Numbered from the stretch's first letter, positions 9,107 through 22,088 are shown. The stretch is DNA of 32,000 nucleotides from Caedibacter taeniospiralis (GCF_002803295.2 NZ_PGGB02000005.1:59-32058); one strand, 5' to 3'. Translations and numbers: made by a program. Notes: generated by a model not told the origin, from the sequence alone.

Positions 9107-11488
9107 TTGAGCTTATCATTAAAAAAAACGTTACTACTGACGCTATTGGGTGTGACGCCCTTTGTGGTGACTTATGCGCAAGGCGACTTTATTGCTAGCA
9201 AGATAAAGGTAGAGGGCTTGGAGCGTATTTCTGAAGAAACCGTGCTTAACGATCTAGGCATTCACACCGATCAGAAGGTGAGTGCTGCTGAGACAAACGA
9301 GGTCATCAGATCACTCTACAGCAGTGGATTTTTCAAAAGTATACAGTTATATCAAGAGGGTAATACGCTTATTGTTAAAGTAGCTGAGCGTCCAGCAATC
9401 AGTGCGGTGGACTTTACGGGTAATGATAAGATCAAAAATGACGATATGAAAAAAGTGCTGCGTGAGGCAGGGCTTGATGTCGGTAATATTGCTAATCCTG
9501 AGATTTTATTCCAGGTGAAACAATCGCTTTTAATGCAATATGCGCTCATGGGCTATTATTCGACAACCGTAGATGTAGAAGAAGTTACAGAAGCGCGAAA
9601 TCGTGTTGCGATTAAAATCAATATCGCTGAAGGCAAAACGGCAACGGTACGCCGCATTGATGTCCTCGGCAATAAAGCCTTTTCGCAGAGTGAGTTGATT
9701 GACAATATTACCTTTAAAACACCATCAATCTGGAATTTATGGGGACTGTTTAGCTCTAAGGTGGATTACTCACCAACGAATATGCAGTCATCGGTTGAAG
9801 ATCTTAGCAGCTATTATATGAACAATGGTTACTTAGATTTTAAGGTAACCTCTCAACAATCCTCTTTATCTCCTAACAAGGAGAACGCATTTATTGCATT
9901 TGATATTAATGAAGGGGAAATTTATAAAGTATCTGCAGTTTTACTAGAGGGTAAGTTTGTTGTGCCAAAGGCTGATCTTGAGAAGCTCATTACTTTTAGG
10001 GCAGGAGATGTTTTTTTGCGGCAAAAAGTACTTGATAGTGCCAAAGCAATAACGCAAGCACTAGGAGATAAGGGTTATGCTTTTGCCAACGTTAACCCTC
10101 TGCCAAAACTTGATAAGGATAATAAAACCGTCGCATTCACGTTCTACATAGATCCTGGCAAGAAAGTCTATATCAACCAGATTAACTTTTTGGGCAATAA
10201 TGTTACCAATGATTATGTTTATCGCCGTCAGATGCAGTATTTTGAGACGGGGGTTTACAATCAATCAATGATTGATCAGTCCAAGATCAAGCTGCAGCGT
10301 ATGCCATTTGTAGAAGATGTAACCGTTAGAAAAGTGCCGGTATCTGGTTCTGATGATCTGGTAAACATGGACTACGATATTAAAGAGCGCAGCGCCAATT
10401 CAATCAGTGCAAGTATTGGTTACTCGCAGTTATATAACTTTATGATTGGTGGTAATCTTGCATTACCAAACATCCTGGGCACGGGGAATCAGTTTTCAAT
10501 TGGTGCAAGCCTGTCAAGTGTTTATCAAAGCTTGAACATGTCTTATACGGATCCCTATTTCACCCAATCGGGCATTAGTCAAACGATCAGTACCTATCTA
10601 TCGCGCACGGATTATGATAATACTTCAGTAGCAAGTTATCGCTTAAACCAGTACGGTGCGAACTTAGGTTATAGCATACCCACCTCAGCATTTGATTCTA
10701 TTAGTATTGGTGGTGGGGTAGATCACACACAAGTCTTGCAGCCAAGTGGTGGGAGATCCAGCATTCTGCAATGGTTTGTTCAGCAAAATGATGGACAAAC
10801 TTCGTTTAATACTTTCACGGCGAATTTAGGCTGGAATCATAATTCAACCAATCGTGCGTACTTTCCAACGGAAGGCACGGTTTTAGGGATAAATGGTACG
10901 GTATCCGTGCCTGGAGTGAGTGATCTGCAATGGTATAAAGCCACAGGTTCCGCAGGATTCTTTCATCCAATCATCGGGGATGTGACCTTGTCAGTCAAAG
11001 GTGGTGTCGGTTATGGTAATGGTTATGGCAAAACAGAGTATTTACCATTTTTCCAAAACTTCTATGGCGGTGGTTGGGGCTCAGTGCGTGGTTTTGCCCA
11101 AGGTGGGATGGGTCCTTCGGATACCTATACACCAAACGGTGAAGCTGCACAACAAGGTAATTCGATTGGTGGAAACTTAAATGTCTATAGCAATATTGAT
11201 ATACTATTCCCGATTCCAGGGTTGAAGGACAGTCGCAATATGCGTTTGGGTGTGTTTTTTGACTCAGGAAATGTGTATAACACCTACGATCTGTCGGGCG
11301 CTGGGATTTGGCCTGGAACTGCTGGGAATAAGTCCCCGACTTTCTCAAATTTACGTTATTCCGTTGGGGTTGAATTTCAATGGCTGTCACCATTGGGTGC
11401 CATGGCATTTAGCCTGGCAAAAGCATTAAACACAAAACCTGGGGATTCGACTCAGGTATTTCAGTTCACACTGGGCCAAACCTTTTGA
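9107..11488 (+). CDS. bamA: Outer membrane protein assembly factor BamA
   Basis: 793 aa with signal peptide, POTRA repeats and a Bac_surface_Ag beta-barrel (YYGGGWGSVRGFAQGGMGP) ending in an aromatic F. TTG start with GGAAG upstream; followed by skp. Confidence 0.96.
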   Translation: MSLSLKKTLLLTLLGVTPFVVTYAQGDFIASKIKVEGLERISEETVLNDLGIHTDQKVSAAETNEVIRSLYSSGFFKSIQLYQEGNTLIVKVAERPAISAVDFTGNDKIKNDDMKKVLREAGLDVGNIANPEILFQVKQSLLMQYALMGYYSTTVDVEEVTEARNRVAIKINIAEGKTATVRRIDVLGNKAFSQSELIDNITFKTPSIWNLWGLFSSKVDYSPTNMQSSVEDLSSYYMNNGYLDFKVTSQQSSLSPNKENAFIAFDINEGEIYKVSAVLLEGKFVVPKADLEKLITFRAGDVFLRQKVLDSAKAITQALGDKGYAFANVNPLPKLDKDNKTVAFTFYIDPGKKVYINQINFLGNNVTNDYVYRRQMQYFETGVYNQSMIDQSKIKLQRMPFVEDVTVRKVPVSGSDDLVNMDYDIKERSANSISASIGYSQLYNFMIGGNLALPNILGTGNQFSIGASLSSVYQSLNMSYTDPYFTQSGISQTISTYLSRTDYDNTSVASYRLNQYGANLGYSIPTSAFDSISIGGGVDHTQVLQPSGGRSSILQWFVQQNDGQTSFNTFTANLGWNHNSTNRAYFPTEGTVLGINGTVSVPGVSDLQWYKATGSAGFFHPIIGDVTLSVKGGVGYGNGYGKTEYLPFFQNFYGGGWGSVRGFAQGGMGPSDTYTPNGEAAQQGNSIGGNLNVYSNIDILFPIPGLKDSRNMRLGVFFDSGNVYNTYDLSGAGIWPGTAGNKSPTFSNLRYSVGVEFQWLSPLGAMAFSLAKALNTKPGDSTQVFQFTLGQTF

Positions 11489-11555
11489 TTGACTGAAATT
11501 GCGTAACTTCAGTGATTGAGTAGATTTTTTTTTGGATTAATTCAAGGAGTAAAAT

Positions 11556-12095
11556 ATGAAAAAACGAATGATGATTGGCTTGACTGCAATGGCAATAACT
11601 ACAGGAGCGTTTGCTGCAGATGCAAGTAGCCTAAAAATCGGTCTGGTTAATCCTGTCGAAATTTACCAAACGGTGCCTCAAGGCGAAGAAAGTATCCATG
11701 CCTTACAAACCAAATTACAGCCCAAAGCAGATGAGTTACAAAAGCAACAGCAGGACTTAATGACTAAACTGCAGACTCTGCAAACCAATGCGCCCACTTT
11801 AACAAAGATTGATTTAGATAAACAGCAAAAGGCACTAGCAGATGAACAGGAAAAGTTCAAGCAGCAGGCATTAGCGTTTAGACAAAGTGAGATGCAACAA
11901 GAGCAGCAAGTCGCACAAGCATTCCAGGCAAGCTTTAATACGGCAGTAGAGGCGGTGGCAAAAGACGGCAAATACAGTCTTATTCTGAGTTCACAAGCCG
12001 TGGCATATGTTGCCCCTGATTTAAAAGTGGATGTTACTGATCAGGTGATTGCTGCAATGAAAAAGCAAGGTGCGCCTAAAGAAGATAAAAAATAA
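11556..12095 (+). CDS. skp: Periplasmic chaperone Skp/OmpH family
   Basis: Signal peptide (MKKRMMIGLTAMAITTGAFAADA), IGLVNPVEIYQ, coiled-coil middle, downstream of bamA; AGGAG RBS. Confidence 0.9.
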   Translation: MKKRMMIGLTAMAITTGAFAADASSLKIGLVNPVEIYQTVPQGEESIHALQTKLQPKADELQKQQQDLMTKLQTLQTNAPTLTKIDLDKQQKALADEQEKFKQQALAFRQSEMQQEQQVAQAFQASFNTAVEAVAKDGKYSLILSSQAVAYVAPDLKVDVTDQVIAAMKKQGAPKEDKK

Positions 12096-12139
12096 AAAAT
12101 ATCAAAAACTTAAATTTAAGTGTCTCTTCCATAGTATGC

Positions 12140-13321
12140 CTATCGAAGCTTAAAAATATAGCACTTAAGGTAGTCATGATAATCCACCTGAATTGCCTGA
12201 GTGTGACAGGGAGATGAGTAGCCTTTGTGTAATAAAATCAAATCGTAAGAGAGGGACCGGATAATTTCAAAGAAGGTTGCTTCATCAACGTGACGACTGC
12301 AACTACAAGCGATAAATAGTCCGTTTTTGTTTAAACACGAAAGTGCTAGTTTAAATAAGCGTTGATAAGCGCGTTTAGCCTCAGCAATATGTTTTTTCGA
12401 TTTCGCAAAAGCAGGGGGATCTGCGACAACGACATCAAAGCTTTTTTGCGCGGCTTTTAGTTTTTTGAGCGCTTCAAACATATCATCATGATGAAGATCA
12501 ATGCTTATGTTTTGAGGTTCGTTATGGTTGTTTTCAATATTTATTTTCGCCATTGCCAGGGCAAATTCGCTTTGGTCAATTAAGGTGAATGCTTTGATAG
12601 TGTCAGTGGCTGCAACGCTCCAAGCCCCCATATAGCTGCAGATATCTAGCATTGAGGTCATGCTTTTCTGAAGGTAATGGCAAAGTGCGATGAGATTAAG
12701 TCGCTGGTCAATAAAAAGTCCTGTTTTTTGACCATGGATAAGATCAAAGCTGAGCTTTTTTCCTGCAAGAATTGTGCTTTGCCTGTTTCCCCCAGCCAGA
12801 TATTGCCATTTGCTAATGCTTTCTAATTTCTCAAACTCACGAATTTGTCCCGTGCTTCGTTCAAAGATAGGCGTTTTTGGTATCAATGTTGTGAGTGCTT
12901 TAATGACATGATTCATCAAAAGATCGGAAGCCGCAGAGCTCGATTGAATAACATTAACTGCCCCATAGCAGTCGATAGTAATGCCAGGTAAGCCATCGTG
13001 ATCACCATGACATAATCGGTATGCTTCATTACTTTGGACAAAGCTAAAGTGAGTTTTTTCGTGCTGTAGTAGTTGCAGAAAGCTTAAAATGGCAGATTCC
13101 AACCCCTTGTTTTGAACGAGCTCCAGGCTGATTCGTGTGACTCTAACAGCCATTAACTGGTGCTTGCTGTATAGAGCCAGATACCCTTTGTGTTCAGTAA
13201 GTGCAACGCCGTATTCATTCAGTAAATTTTCTGCAAGATGATCAACTTCGTTGCTATAAAAAATCTGTCGGTTGTAAAAATTTTTGATTTTACTGTTAAG
13301 ACTGATTGAGGGGGGATTCAT
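12140..13321 (-). CDS. Class I SAM-dependent rRNA methyltransferase, RlmI-like (COG1092)
   Basis: DICSYMGAWSVAA SAM-binding region, VVADPPAFAKSKKHI catalytic motif, GLFIDQRLN. Confidence 0.88.
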   Translation of the reverse strand: MNPPSISLNSKIKNFYNRQIFYSNEVDHLAENLLNEYGVALTEHKGYLALYSKHQLMAVRVTRISLELVQNKGLESAILSFLQLLQHEKTHFSFVQSNEAYRLCHGDHDGLPGITIDCYGAVNVIQSSSAASDLLMNHVIKALTTLIPKTPIFERSTGQIREFEKLESISKWQYLAGGNRQSTILAGKKLSFDLIHGQKTGLFIDQRLNLIALCHYLQKSMTSMLDICSYMGAWSVAATDTIKAFTLIDQSEFALAMAKINIENNHNEPQNISIDLHHDDMFEALKKLKAAQKSFDVVVADPPAFAKSKKHIAEAKRAYQRLFKLALSCLNKNGLFIACSCSRHVDEATFFEIIRSLSYDLILLHKGYSSPCHTQAIQVDYHDYLKCYIFKLR

Positions 13322-13597
13322 GAAGTATTACCCTGGTTTCCCTTGGTTAAAGTGCTCAAATTATACTTTGTGTGCATGGTTCTGTATATGAAGAACTGTG
13401 GCTTGATGTGACTGAACAATGCTCAAAAAACCAGACTGTTATTTTTTTGGGTATTACCAGTAAATTACTTATTCTCCACAATTGTCACGGCGCTGGTGTT
13501 GTTCCCCTTCTTTTAATGTTAAAATCATCGGCAGGTAATTAAGTAGAGCTTTTTGTTTCGTTTCAGATATACAAAATATAGGACTTTTCTTATTGTT

Positions 13598-14521
13598 ATG
13601 ATCCTATCTAACCAGGCACTTGTTAAACGCGCAGAGTATCTTAGAAAAATACGCCAGTTTTTTGCTGATAAAGGCGTGTTGGAGGTCGATACGCCATTAT
13701 CCTACCCCTATCCTGTGAGTGATCCATATATTGATGCGTTTGCTATTCAAACTCAATCTGGTATGCGCTACTTACAGACTTCGCCTGAATACGCAATGAA
13801 ACGGTTACTTGCACAGGGAACTGGCAGTATTTATCAGATTTGCAAGGCATTTCGCAATGACCCCAAAGCCCAATATCACAACCATGAGTTTACGATGCTT
13901 GAGTGGTATCGATCAGGGTTAGATGATGAAACTTTACGCCAGGAAATCATAGAAATGCTGTTGCTACTGAAGCCAGATGCCACGATTCATCGGTTTAGTT
14001 ATGAACAATTATTCAAAGAAGTGTTTGGCGTCGATCCTCACCAGATGAGTGAAATGCAGCTGCAAAACCTGCTGAATGAAAAGATAGGTCAAGTACAAGG
14101 ACTTGAAAAACCAAATCAAATAGAATGTTTGGATCTATTGTTTACGCACTGTATTGAGCCATGGCTTAAGCAATATTCATTTGTGTTTGTGTATGATTAT
14201 CCTCAAGTGCAGGCAGCATTGGCTCGTATCATGTGTAATGAACAGGGTCAGATGGTTGCTAAACGCTTTGAGCTTTTTTATCAAGGCATCGAGCTTGCAA
14301 ATGGTTACTATGAGCTCATAAGCTCAGAGGAACAAAGAAAGCGTTTTGAAAATGATTTGGTCATGCGTGCACAGCTTGGTAAAAACGCAGTACCTATCGA
14401 TCAGAAACTTCTGGCATGTCTGGATGATATTCCAGAATGTGCAGGCGTTGCCTTGGGGCTGGATAGATTAATGATGTGCCTGGAAGGCTATGCCGATATA
14501 CAGGAAGTCCTCTATTGCTAG
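13598..14521 (+). CDS. epmA: Elongation factor P--(R)-beta-lysine ligase (EpmA/PoxA/GenX)
   Basis: Short class II LysRS-like protein lacking the anticodon-binding domain: FRNDPKAQYHNHEFTMLEWYR, ELANGYYEL, LGLDRLMMCLEG. ATG at 13598 (MILSNQALVKRAEYLRK) preferred over the TTG at 13553. Confidence 0.95.
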   Translation: MILSNQALVKRAEYLRKIRQFFADKGVLEVDTPLSYPYPVSDPYIDAFAIQTQSGMRYLQTSPEYAMKRLLAQGTGSIYQICKAFRNDPKAQYHNHEFTMLEWYRSGLDDETLRQEIIEMLLLLKPDATIHRFSYEQLFKEVFGVDPHQMSEMQLQNLLNEKIGQVQGLEKPNQIECLDLLFTHCIEPWLKQYSFVFVYDYPQVQAALARIMCNEQGQMVAKRFELFYQGIELANGYYELISSEEQRKRFENDLVMRAQLGKNAVPIDQKLLACLDDIPECAGVALGLDRLMMCLEGYADIQEVLYC

Positions 14522-14597
14522 GCGCAAAGCTTGAGCCTTACGCTAATCAGCTATATGCTATGTTCAATCAAAACGACTGACCAATGGAAATAAGCAA

Positions 14598-15551
14598 ATG
14601 AACAAATTAGAGCAGCTAAAACAAATGACTAAGGTAGTCGCCGATACAGGGGATTTTGGGCAGATTGAGCAATATCAGCCAGTGGATGCCACAACTAATC
14701 CCAGTCTATTACTCAATGCCGCTAAAATGCCTGAGTATGACTATGTGATTGACAAGGCGTTGGCAAAAAGCGCGCATTTATCAGGAAAAGCACGAGTTGA
14801 AGAGACAATGCTTGATATGGCGGTAAGCTTTGGGGTTGAGATTTTAAAAGTTATTCCAGGGAGAGTGTCAACCGAGGTGGATGCGCGCCTATCTTTTGAT
14901 ACGGTTGCAACGATCAGCTATGCAAAAAGACTCATCGCCAGATATAAAGAAGCGGGAGTGGATAAGTCTCGTGTTTTGATCAAGGTCGCTTCAACCTGGG
15001 AAGGTATAAAGGCAGCTGAAGCTTTGGAGCAAGAAGGGATTAATTGTAATCTGACCTTAATGTTTAGTCTTGCTCAAGCCATTGCCTGTGCGCAGGCAAA
15101 CGTGTTTTTAATATCCCCATTTGTTGGTCGCATTACCGATTGGTATATGAAGGAGCAAGGTTCAAGCAATTTCCCCGATGTCAGCGAAGATAATGGTGTG
15201 TTATCGGTCAAAGAAATCTATCAGTATTACAAGCGTTATGGCTATCACACGATTGTGATGGGTGCAAGTTTCAGGCATATCGGGCAGGTTGAGGCATTGG
15301 CTGGGTGCGATGCCTTAACCATTGCGCCAAATTTATTGCAGAAGCTTCAAGCCGATGGAAAGACTTTGACGCGTCAGTTAGTAGAAGTTGAACGTGCAAA
15401 AATGCCAGATCGTAAAATGACAGAAGCTGATTTTAGATGGGCGATGAACGAAAGCCCAATGGCGACAGAGAAACTGGCCGAAGGTATTCGTAAGTTTGCC
15501 ATTGATACGGTGAAGTTAGAAAAATTAATCGAATACAAAGTAGGAATATAA
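14598..15551 (+). CDS. tal: Transaldolase (TalA/TalB type)
   Basis: [70 protein letters not shown]. Confidence 0.97.
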   Translation: MNKLEQLKQMTKVVADTGDFGQIEQYQPVDATTNPSLLLNAAKMPEYDYVIDKALAKSAHLSGKARVEETMLDMAVSFGVEILKVIPGRVSTEVDARLSFDTVATISYAKRLIARYKEAGVDKSRVLIKVASTWEGIKAAEALEQEGINCNLTLMFSLAQAIACAQANVFLISPFVGRITDWYMKEQGSSNFPDVSEDNGVLSVKEIYQYYKRYGYHTIVMGASFRHIGQVEALAGCDALTIAPNLLQKLQADGKTLTRQLVEVERAKMPDRKMTEADFRWAMNESPMATEKLAEGIRKFAIDTVKLEKLIEYKVGI

Positions 15552-15558
15552 CCACATC

Positions 15559-16764
15559 ATGCACAAGTCTATTGCGGTAAAAGTAGGGAATATCACGATT
15601 GGTGGGGGTGCCCCTGTTGTTGTACAATCAATGACGGATACGGCAACGGCAGATATTGAAAAAACGGTAGCACAGGTCTTGGCACTCTATCACGCGGGCA
15701 GTGAGCTGGTGCGCATCACCGTTAATGATGAAGAAGCGGCACAAGCGGTCCCTGAGATTAAAAGGCGGTTATTACAAAAGGATTGTGATGTCCCGCTGGT
15801 TGGCGACTTTCATTACAATGGTCATAGGCTTCTAGCAGACTTTCCAGAATGCGCCAGGGCGCTTGATAAATATCGTATTAATCCGGGAAATGTCGGTTTT
15901 GGGCGCAAAAAAGATACCCAGTATGCCGAGATTATTCAAAAAGCGATTGAATACGATAAGCCTGTGCGTATTGGTGTTAATTGGGGGAGCTTAGATCAGG
16001 CATTACTCGCCAGACTGATGGATGAAAACAGTCGGCTGACGGTGCCATTATCAGCGCGTGAAATTATGCACAAAGCGCTGATTGAGTCGGTATTGACCAG
16101 TGCTGAGTACGCAGAGAGTCTCGGACTTCACGCGAATAAAATCATTATTTCCTGTAAAGTCAGTGATGTGCAGGATTTAATTGAAGTTTACCAAAAACTG
16201 GCTCGTGAGTGCCGTTATCCATTGCACCTGGGTTTAACCGAGGCGGGTATGGGTATTAAGGGAATTGTGGCCAGCAGTATCAGTCTGGGATATCTATTGC
16301 AGCAGGGCATAGGGGATACCATTCGCGTATCACTGACTCCAGAGCCTGGGGCTCCACGTACCAATGAGGTCAAAGTATGTCGTGAGATTTTACAAACCAT
16401 GGGGCTTCGAGCCTTTACCCCCACCGTTTCGTCGTGTCCTGGATGTGGGCGAACGACAAGCAGCTTTTTTCGAGAGCTTGCCAATGACATTCAAAATTAT
16501 CTAACTAAACAAATGCCCGAGTGGAAACATCAATATGTTGGCGTTGAGAACATGAAAGTCGCGGTGATGGGTTGTATTGTCAATGGACCAGGGGAAAGTA
16601 AACACGCCAATATTGGTATCAGTCTGCCAGGCACTGGTGAAGCGCCTGTGGCACCAGTGTTTGTCGATGGTCAAAAAAAGCATACGCTAAGAGGCGAGCA
16701 TATCGCCAAGGAGTTTATGGCGATTGTTGAGGAATATGTGAAAGAGAAATATCAGCAGGTGTAG
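15559..16764 (+). CDS. ispG: 4-hydroxy-3-methylbut-2-en-1-yl diphosphate synthase (flavodoxin)
   Basis: [60 protein letters not shown]. Confidence 0.97.
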   Translation: MHKSIAVKVGNITIGGGAPVVVQSMTDTATADIEKTVAQVLALYHAGSELVRITVNDEEAAQAVPEIKRRLLQKDCDVPLVGDFHYNGHRLLADFPECARALDKYRINPGNVGFGRKKDTQYAEIIQKAIEYDKPVRIGVNWGSLDQALLARLMDENSRLTVPLSAREIMHKALIESVLTSAEYAESLGLHANKIIISCKVSDVQDLIEVYQKLARECRYPLHLGLTEAGMGIKGIVASSISLGYLLQQGIGDTIRVSLTPEPGAPRTNEVKVCREILQTMGLRAFTPTVSSCPGCGRTTSSFFRELANDIQNYLTKQMPEWKHQYVGVENMKVAVMGCIVNGPGESKHANIGISLPGTGEAPVAPVFVDGQKKHTLRGEHIAKEFMAIVEEYVKEKYQQV

Positions 16765-16859
16765 GGGTTGTTGGTACTATAAAGGGAGTTGTGGGTATGG
16801 AAGGTTTGCTTTTTGGAGGCGATAGTGAATTTTGAATGTACAAGGGGGGAGTATTGATT

Positions 16860-17981
16860 ATGAGGGAAAGGCTGATGAGCAATAAATTAAAAAATTCCAC
16901 ATTGAACACTTCAAATGCCACCCTTATCAAAGATACAGATTACGCTAGCTGGTTAAAAGGGCTAAAAGTTAAAATTCGCTCGGTGCAAGTTAGTGCTGCA
17001 TTGGCGGCAAATAGTGTACTGATTGACTTTTATTTTGATTTAGGACGGATGATATCTGAAAAAGATAGTGTTTGGGGGAGTAAATTTCTTGAACAACTTG
17101 CAAAAGATTTAAGAAGGGAGTTTCCTGATATACAAGGATTCTCTATAACAAATTTGAAGTACTGCCGCTTGTTTTTTAAATATATCTCAATTCGTCCCCA
17201 GACTGAGGACGAATTAAATTTGGGCTTAGGTGTAGGTGAGCAGACTTATCCTTTAATTAGGCGACTGCCATGGGGGCATATCAAAATGCTGATTAGCAAG
17301 GTTAAAAGCGATAAAGAGATTTTATTCTATATTAATCAAACCATTGAGAATGGCTGGAGCCGAGATACTTTAGCCCTGCAAATAAAGTCAAACCTTTATG
17401 TAAGGCAGGGTAAGGCAATTAATAATTTTCAGCAAACATTACCTGAACCTCAATCTGATCTTGCACGGCAGACCATGAAAGATCCTTATACTTTTGATTT
17501 TTTAACAATGACTAAACCTTACAATGAAAGAGATATTGAAAAACAGCTCGTGGATCATATTACTAAGTTTCTATTGGAGCTCGGCAAAGGTTTTGCATTT
17601 GTTGGTAGGCAATATCATTTGGAAGTTGGAGAAAGTGATTACTATCTGGATTTGTTGTTTTATCATGTCAAATTAAAATGTTATGTAGTGATTGAGTTAA
17701 AGAACACTAAATTTATCCCAGAATACGCTGGAAAGTTAAATTTTTATCTTTCAGCAGTAGATAGTCTGCTGAAGTCAGACACGGATAATCCAACGATTGG
17801 GATTTTGGTTTGCCGAGATAAAAATACAATTGAAACAGAGTTTGCATTGCGTGATATTAATAAACCTATGGGCGTGAGTGAGTTTACGTTAACAGAAATA
17901 CTTCCTGATGAATTAAAAGGGTCACTCCCAACAGTGGAGGAAATTGAAGCTGACATGGAAAAACTTGAGGAGCAATTATAA
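16860..17981 (+). CDS. DUF1016 / YhcG-type PD-(D/E)XK nuclease
   Basis: DUF1016-type N-terminal domain (VQVSAALAANSVLIDFYFDLGRMI) and C-terminal nuclease core YYLDLLFYHVKLKCYVVIELK. ATG at 16860 with upstream GGGGGAG is preferred to the ATG at 16836. Confidence 0.9.
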   Translation: MRERLMSNKLKNSTLNTSNATLIKDTDYASWLKGLKVKIRSVQVSAALAANSVLIDFYFDLGRMISEKDSVWGSKFLEQLAKDLRREFPDIQGFSITNLKYCRLFFKYISIRPQTEDELNLGLGVGEQTYPLIRRLPWGHIKMLISKVKSDKEILFYINQTIENGWSRDTLALQIKSNLYVRQGKAINNFQQTLPEPQSDLARQTMKDPYTFDFLTMTKPYNERDIEKQLVDHITKFLLELGKGFAFVGRQYHLEVGESDYYLDLLFYHVKLKCYVVIELKNTKFIPEYAGKLNFYLSAVDSLLKSDTDNPTIGILVCRDKNTIETEFALRDINKPMGVSEFTLTEILPDELKGSLPTVEEIEADMEKLEEQL

Positions 17982-18033
17982 CTCCATGATTCTACAAGCG
18001 GGAAATTGTGTATATGCTGATTTAAAAATATAA

Positions 18034-20088
<2,055 letters not shown>

Positions 20089-20114
20089 AGTGAAATAACG
20101 TGAGTTCGATGTCG

Positions 20115-21095
20115 CTATTTATTGTTTTCAAAATATTCGTATATCAATCTGTGATAATTTATCAAACGCTGCTTATTGACCTTGCCATCCTTGACGGCTT
20201 GATTGATTGCGCAACCCTTGGTATTTTCTGAGTGGTCACAATTTCTAAATCTACATTCGTTATCAAGTTCAGAAAATTCCTGGAAGCCTGAAAAAATCTC
20301 GGCTTTATCTAAGTGCCAGATACCAAACTCACGAATACCAGGGGAGTCGATAATATGCGTGTCTTTATCCAGGTGAAATAGTCTCGCACTTGTGGTGGTA
20401 TGTTTGCCGCGACTGTTTTGCTCAGAAACTTCACCTGTAAGCGTTACAACATGACCAAACAGTGAATTAAGTGTTTCTGATTTGCCAACACCCGATTGTC
20501 CAACAATAATCGAGGTTTTATGCTGCAATAGACCTTTCAGGTTTTGCAGGTTATCGTGGTTTAAGGCAGAACAGGTAATGACCTGATAACCAAGACGCTG
20601 GTACAGCTCAATGATGTTATGAAGTTGGCATTGATTATCGGATGTCAAAAACAAGTCCATTTTATTGAGAACGATGACAGGCTGAACTTGCATATGGTGC
20701 GCTGCTACTAAATAGCGATCTATATAATGCTCAATAGGTGTAGGATTTACCGCAAGCATAATAATGATCTGATCAATATTTGCTGCCATCGTCCTATCAT
20801 CAGCCCTAAGCTTACTAGGGCGAACAAGCGCATTGATGCGTGGCAGGATTTGACAAATAATGCCATATTCACTGTTGTCCTGGGGTAAGTACAGTACTTT
20901 ATCGCCAGCAACGATGGCTCCTAGATTTTGACGATACTGACAAAAAACGGTCTTGCTATCATAAGTTTCCAGTTCAATGAGTTTCCCGCGATGTGAGATG
21001 ACAAGCCCTGTTGTGGCGGATGAAAAATCATCGTGCAATGATTTATGTGCTTTGATGTTGCGAAGCTGCTGTTTACTTAGGTTACGTTTTGCCAA
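20115..21095 (-). CDS. rsgA: Ribosome small subunit-dependent GTPase RsgA
   Basis: Circularly permuted GTPase order: VLNKMDLF, then GQSGVGKSETLNSLFG, TTTSARLFHL, DSPGIREF; zinc-binding CRFRNCDHSENTKGCAI. Confidence 0.96.
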   Translation of the reverse strand: MAKRNLSKQQLRNIKAHKSLHDDFSSATTGLVISHRGKLIELETYDSKTVFCQYRQNLGAIVAGDKVLYLPQDNSEYGIICQILPRINALVRPSKLRADDRTMAANIDQIIIMLAVNPTPIEHYIDRYLVAAHHMQVQPVIVLNKMDLFLTSDNQCQLHNIIELYQRLGYQVITCSALNHDNLQNLKGLLQHKTSIIVGQSGVGKSETLNSLFGHVVTLTGEVSEQNSRGKHTTTSARLFHLDKDTHIIDSPGIREFGIWHLDKAEIFSGFQEFSELDNECRFRNCDHSENTKGCAINQAVKDGKVNKQRLINYHRLIYEYFENNK

Positions 21096-21176
21096 AGGTG
21101 AGTTTGTATCTTGATAGAGGGTTGCGCTAGATTATAACTTGTCATGTGAAAGGTAAACACAAGATTATGCTGGATG

Positions 21177-21917
21177 TTACGCCATATACATTCCGCCATT
21201 GACGTGTATTGTCTGACCTGTGATGTAACGCGCACCCTCTGATGCTAAGAAGGTTACTGCTGCTGCGACATCCTCTGGTTGCCCTAAACTCTGTGCGGGC
21301 ACTTGATTGATGATCGCTTGTTTTTGCTCATCGGTTAATTTATCGGTCATGTCTGTTTGAATAAACCCTGGGGCAACAACGTTGACGGTGATATTGCGGG
21401 AGGCAATTTCTTGCGCAAGAGACTTAGAAAAGCCGATGACACCTGCTTTACTGGCACAATAATTCGCTTGCCCTGGATTGCCCGATGTGCCAACTACCGA
21501 GCCAATGGTGATAATGCGACCCCAGCGTTTTTTCATCATGTGGCGAATTGCCAATTTAGAGAGGTTAAATACAGAGTCCAGGTTGGTGTGGATTACATCA
21601 AGCCAATCCTGTTCGCTTAGACGCATCATCAAGTTATCTTTAGTGATTCCTGCATTATTGATGAGAATATCAGGATGTCCTGTATTATCTTTCATCCAGG
21701 TAAAAACCGACTCAATGTCAGAAATTTCAGTTACATTAAGCTTAATACCATAGCCTTTGCCATATTGCTTTAAGGTGTTGGTAATATTCTTGGCACCAGA
21801 TTCTGATGTGGCTGTGCCAATGACAGTGGCGCCTTTTTGGGCGAAATCTTTGGCGATTGCCGCACCAATACCGCGGCTTGCTCCAGTTACAAAAACAACC
21901 TTATTTTCAAAACTCAT
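21177..21917 (-). CDS. fabG: 3-oxoacyl-[acyl-carrier-protein] reductase
   Basis: SDR: VTGASRGIGAAIA, NNAG, catalytic YCASK, C-term YITGQTIHVNGGMYMA; adjacent to fabD. Confidence 0.95.
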   Translation of the reverse strand: MSFENKVVFVTGASRGIGAAIAKDFAQKGATVIGTATSESGAKNITNTLKQYGKGYGIKLNVTEISDIESVFTWMKDNTGHPDILINNAGITKDNLMMRLSEQDWLDVIHTNLDSVFNLSKLAIRHMMKKRWGRIITIGSVVGTSGNPGQANYCASKAGVIGFSKSLAQEIASRNITVNVVAPGFIQTDMTDKLTDEQKQAIINQVPAQSLGQPEDVAAAVTFLASEGARYITGQTIHVNGGMYMA

Positions 21918-21945
21918 TTTTTATCCTTAGTTGCTATACTGCGTG

Positions 21946-22088
21946 CGATCATAATCTGCGGGAATATGTTGAAGCATTTTGTTGCAGATTTGGTGTATTG
22001 ATTTGCAGGCAATAGCATGCCCTATTATCAAAAAGCGATACACCAAAGGTGCTCAAAAGGCAAAAACAAAAACCTCGGATTATGATCG
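21946..22088. repeat. Nested foldback structure between fabD and fabG
   Basis: Outer CGATCATAATC (21946-21956)/GATTATGATCG (22078-22088). Inner TTTGGTGTATTGATTT (21989-22004)/AAAAGCGATACACCAAA region (22032-22047). Innermost GGCA/TGCC (22008-22021). Confidence 0.6.

Noticed and set aside
10995-11408. Minus-strand ORF of 137 aa inside bamA
   Set aside because: Lies wholly opposite the conserved BamA beta-barrel, low-complexity His/Pro/Gln composition; antisense shadow ORF.
11496-11531. Possible terminator after bamA (ACTGAA...TTCAGT then T-run)
   Set aside because: Only a 6-bp weak stem with a 10-nt loop, and the T-run is separated from it; skp may need readthrough.
12209-12220. GAGTGTGAC-like fragment resembling the double-hairpin repeat
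   Set aside because: Match is too short and lacks both stems; it is inside the RlmI-like coding sequence.
16795-16833. Possible leader peptide MEGLLFGGDSEF upstream of the DUF1016 gene
   Set aside because: Twelve codons with no attenuator hairpin or regulatory codon run; chance expectation is high.
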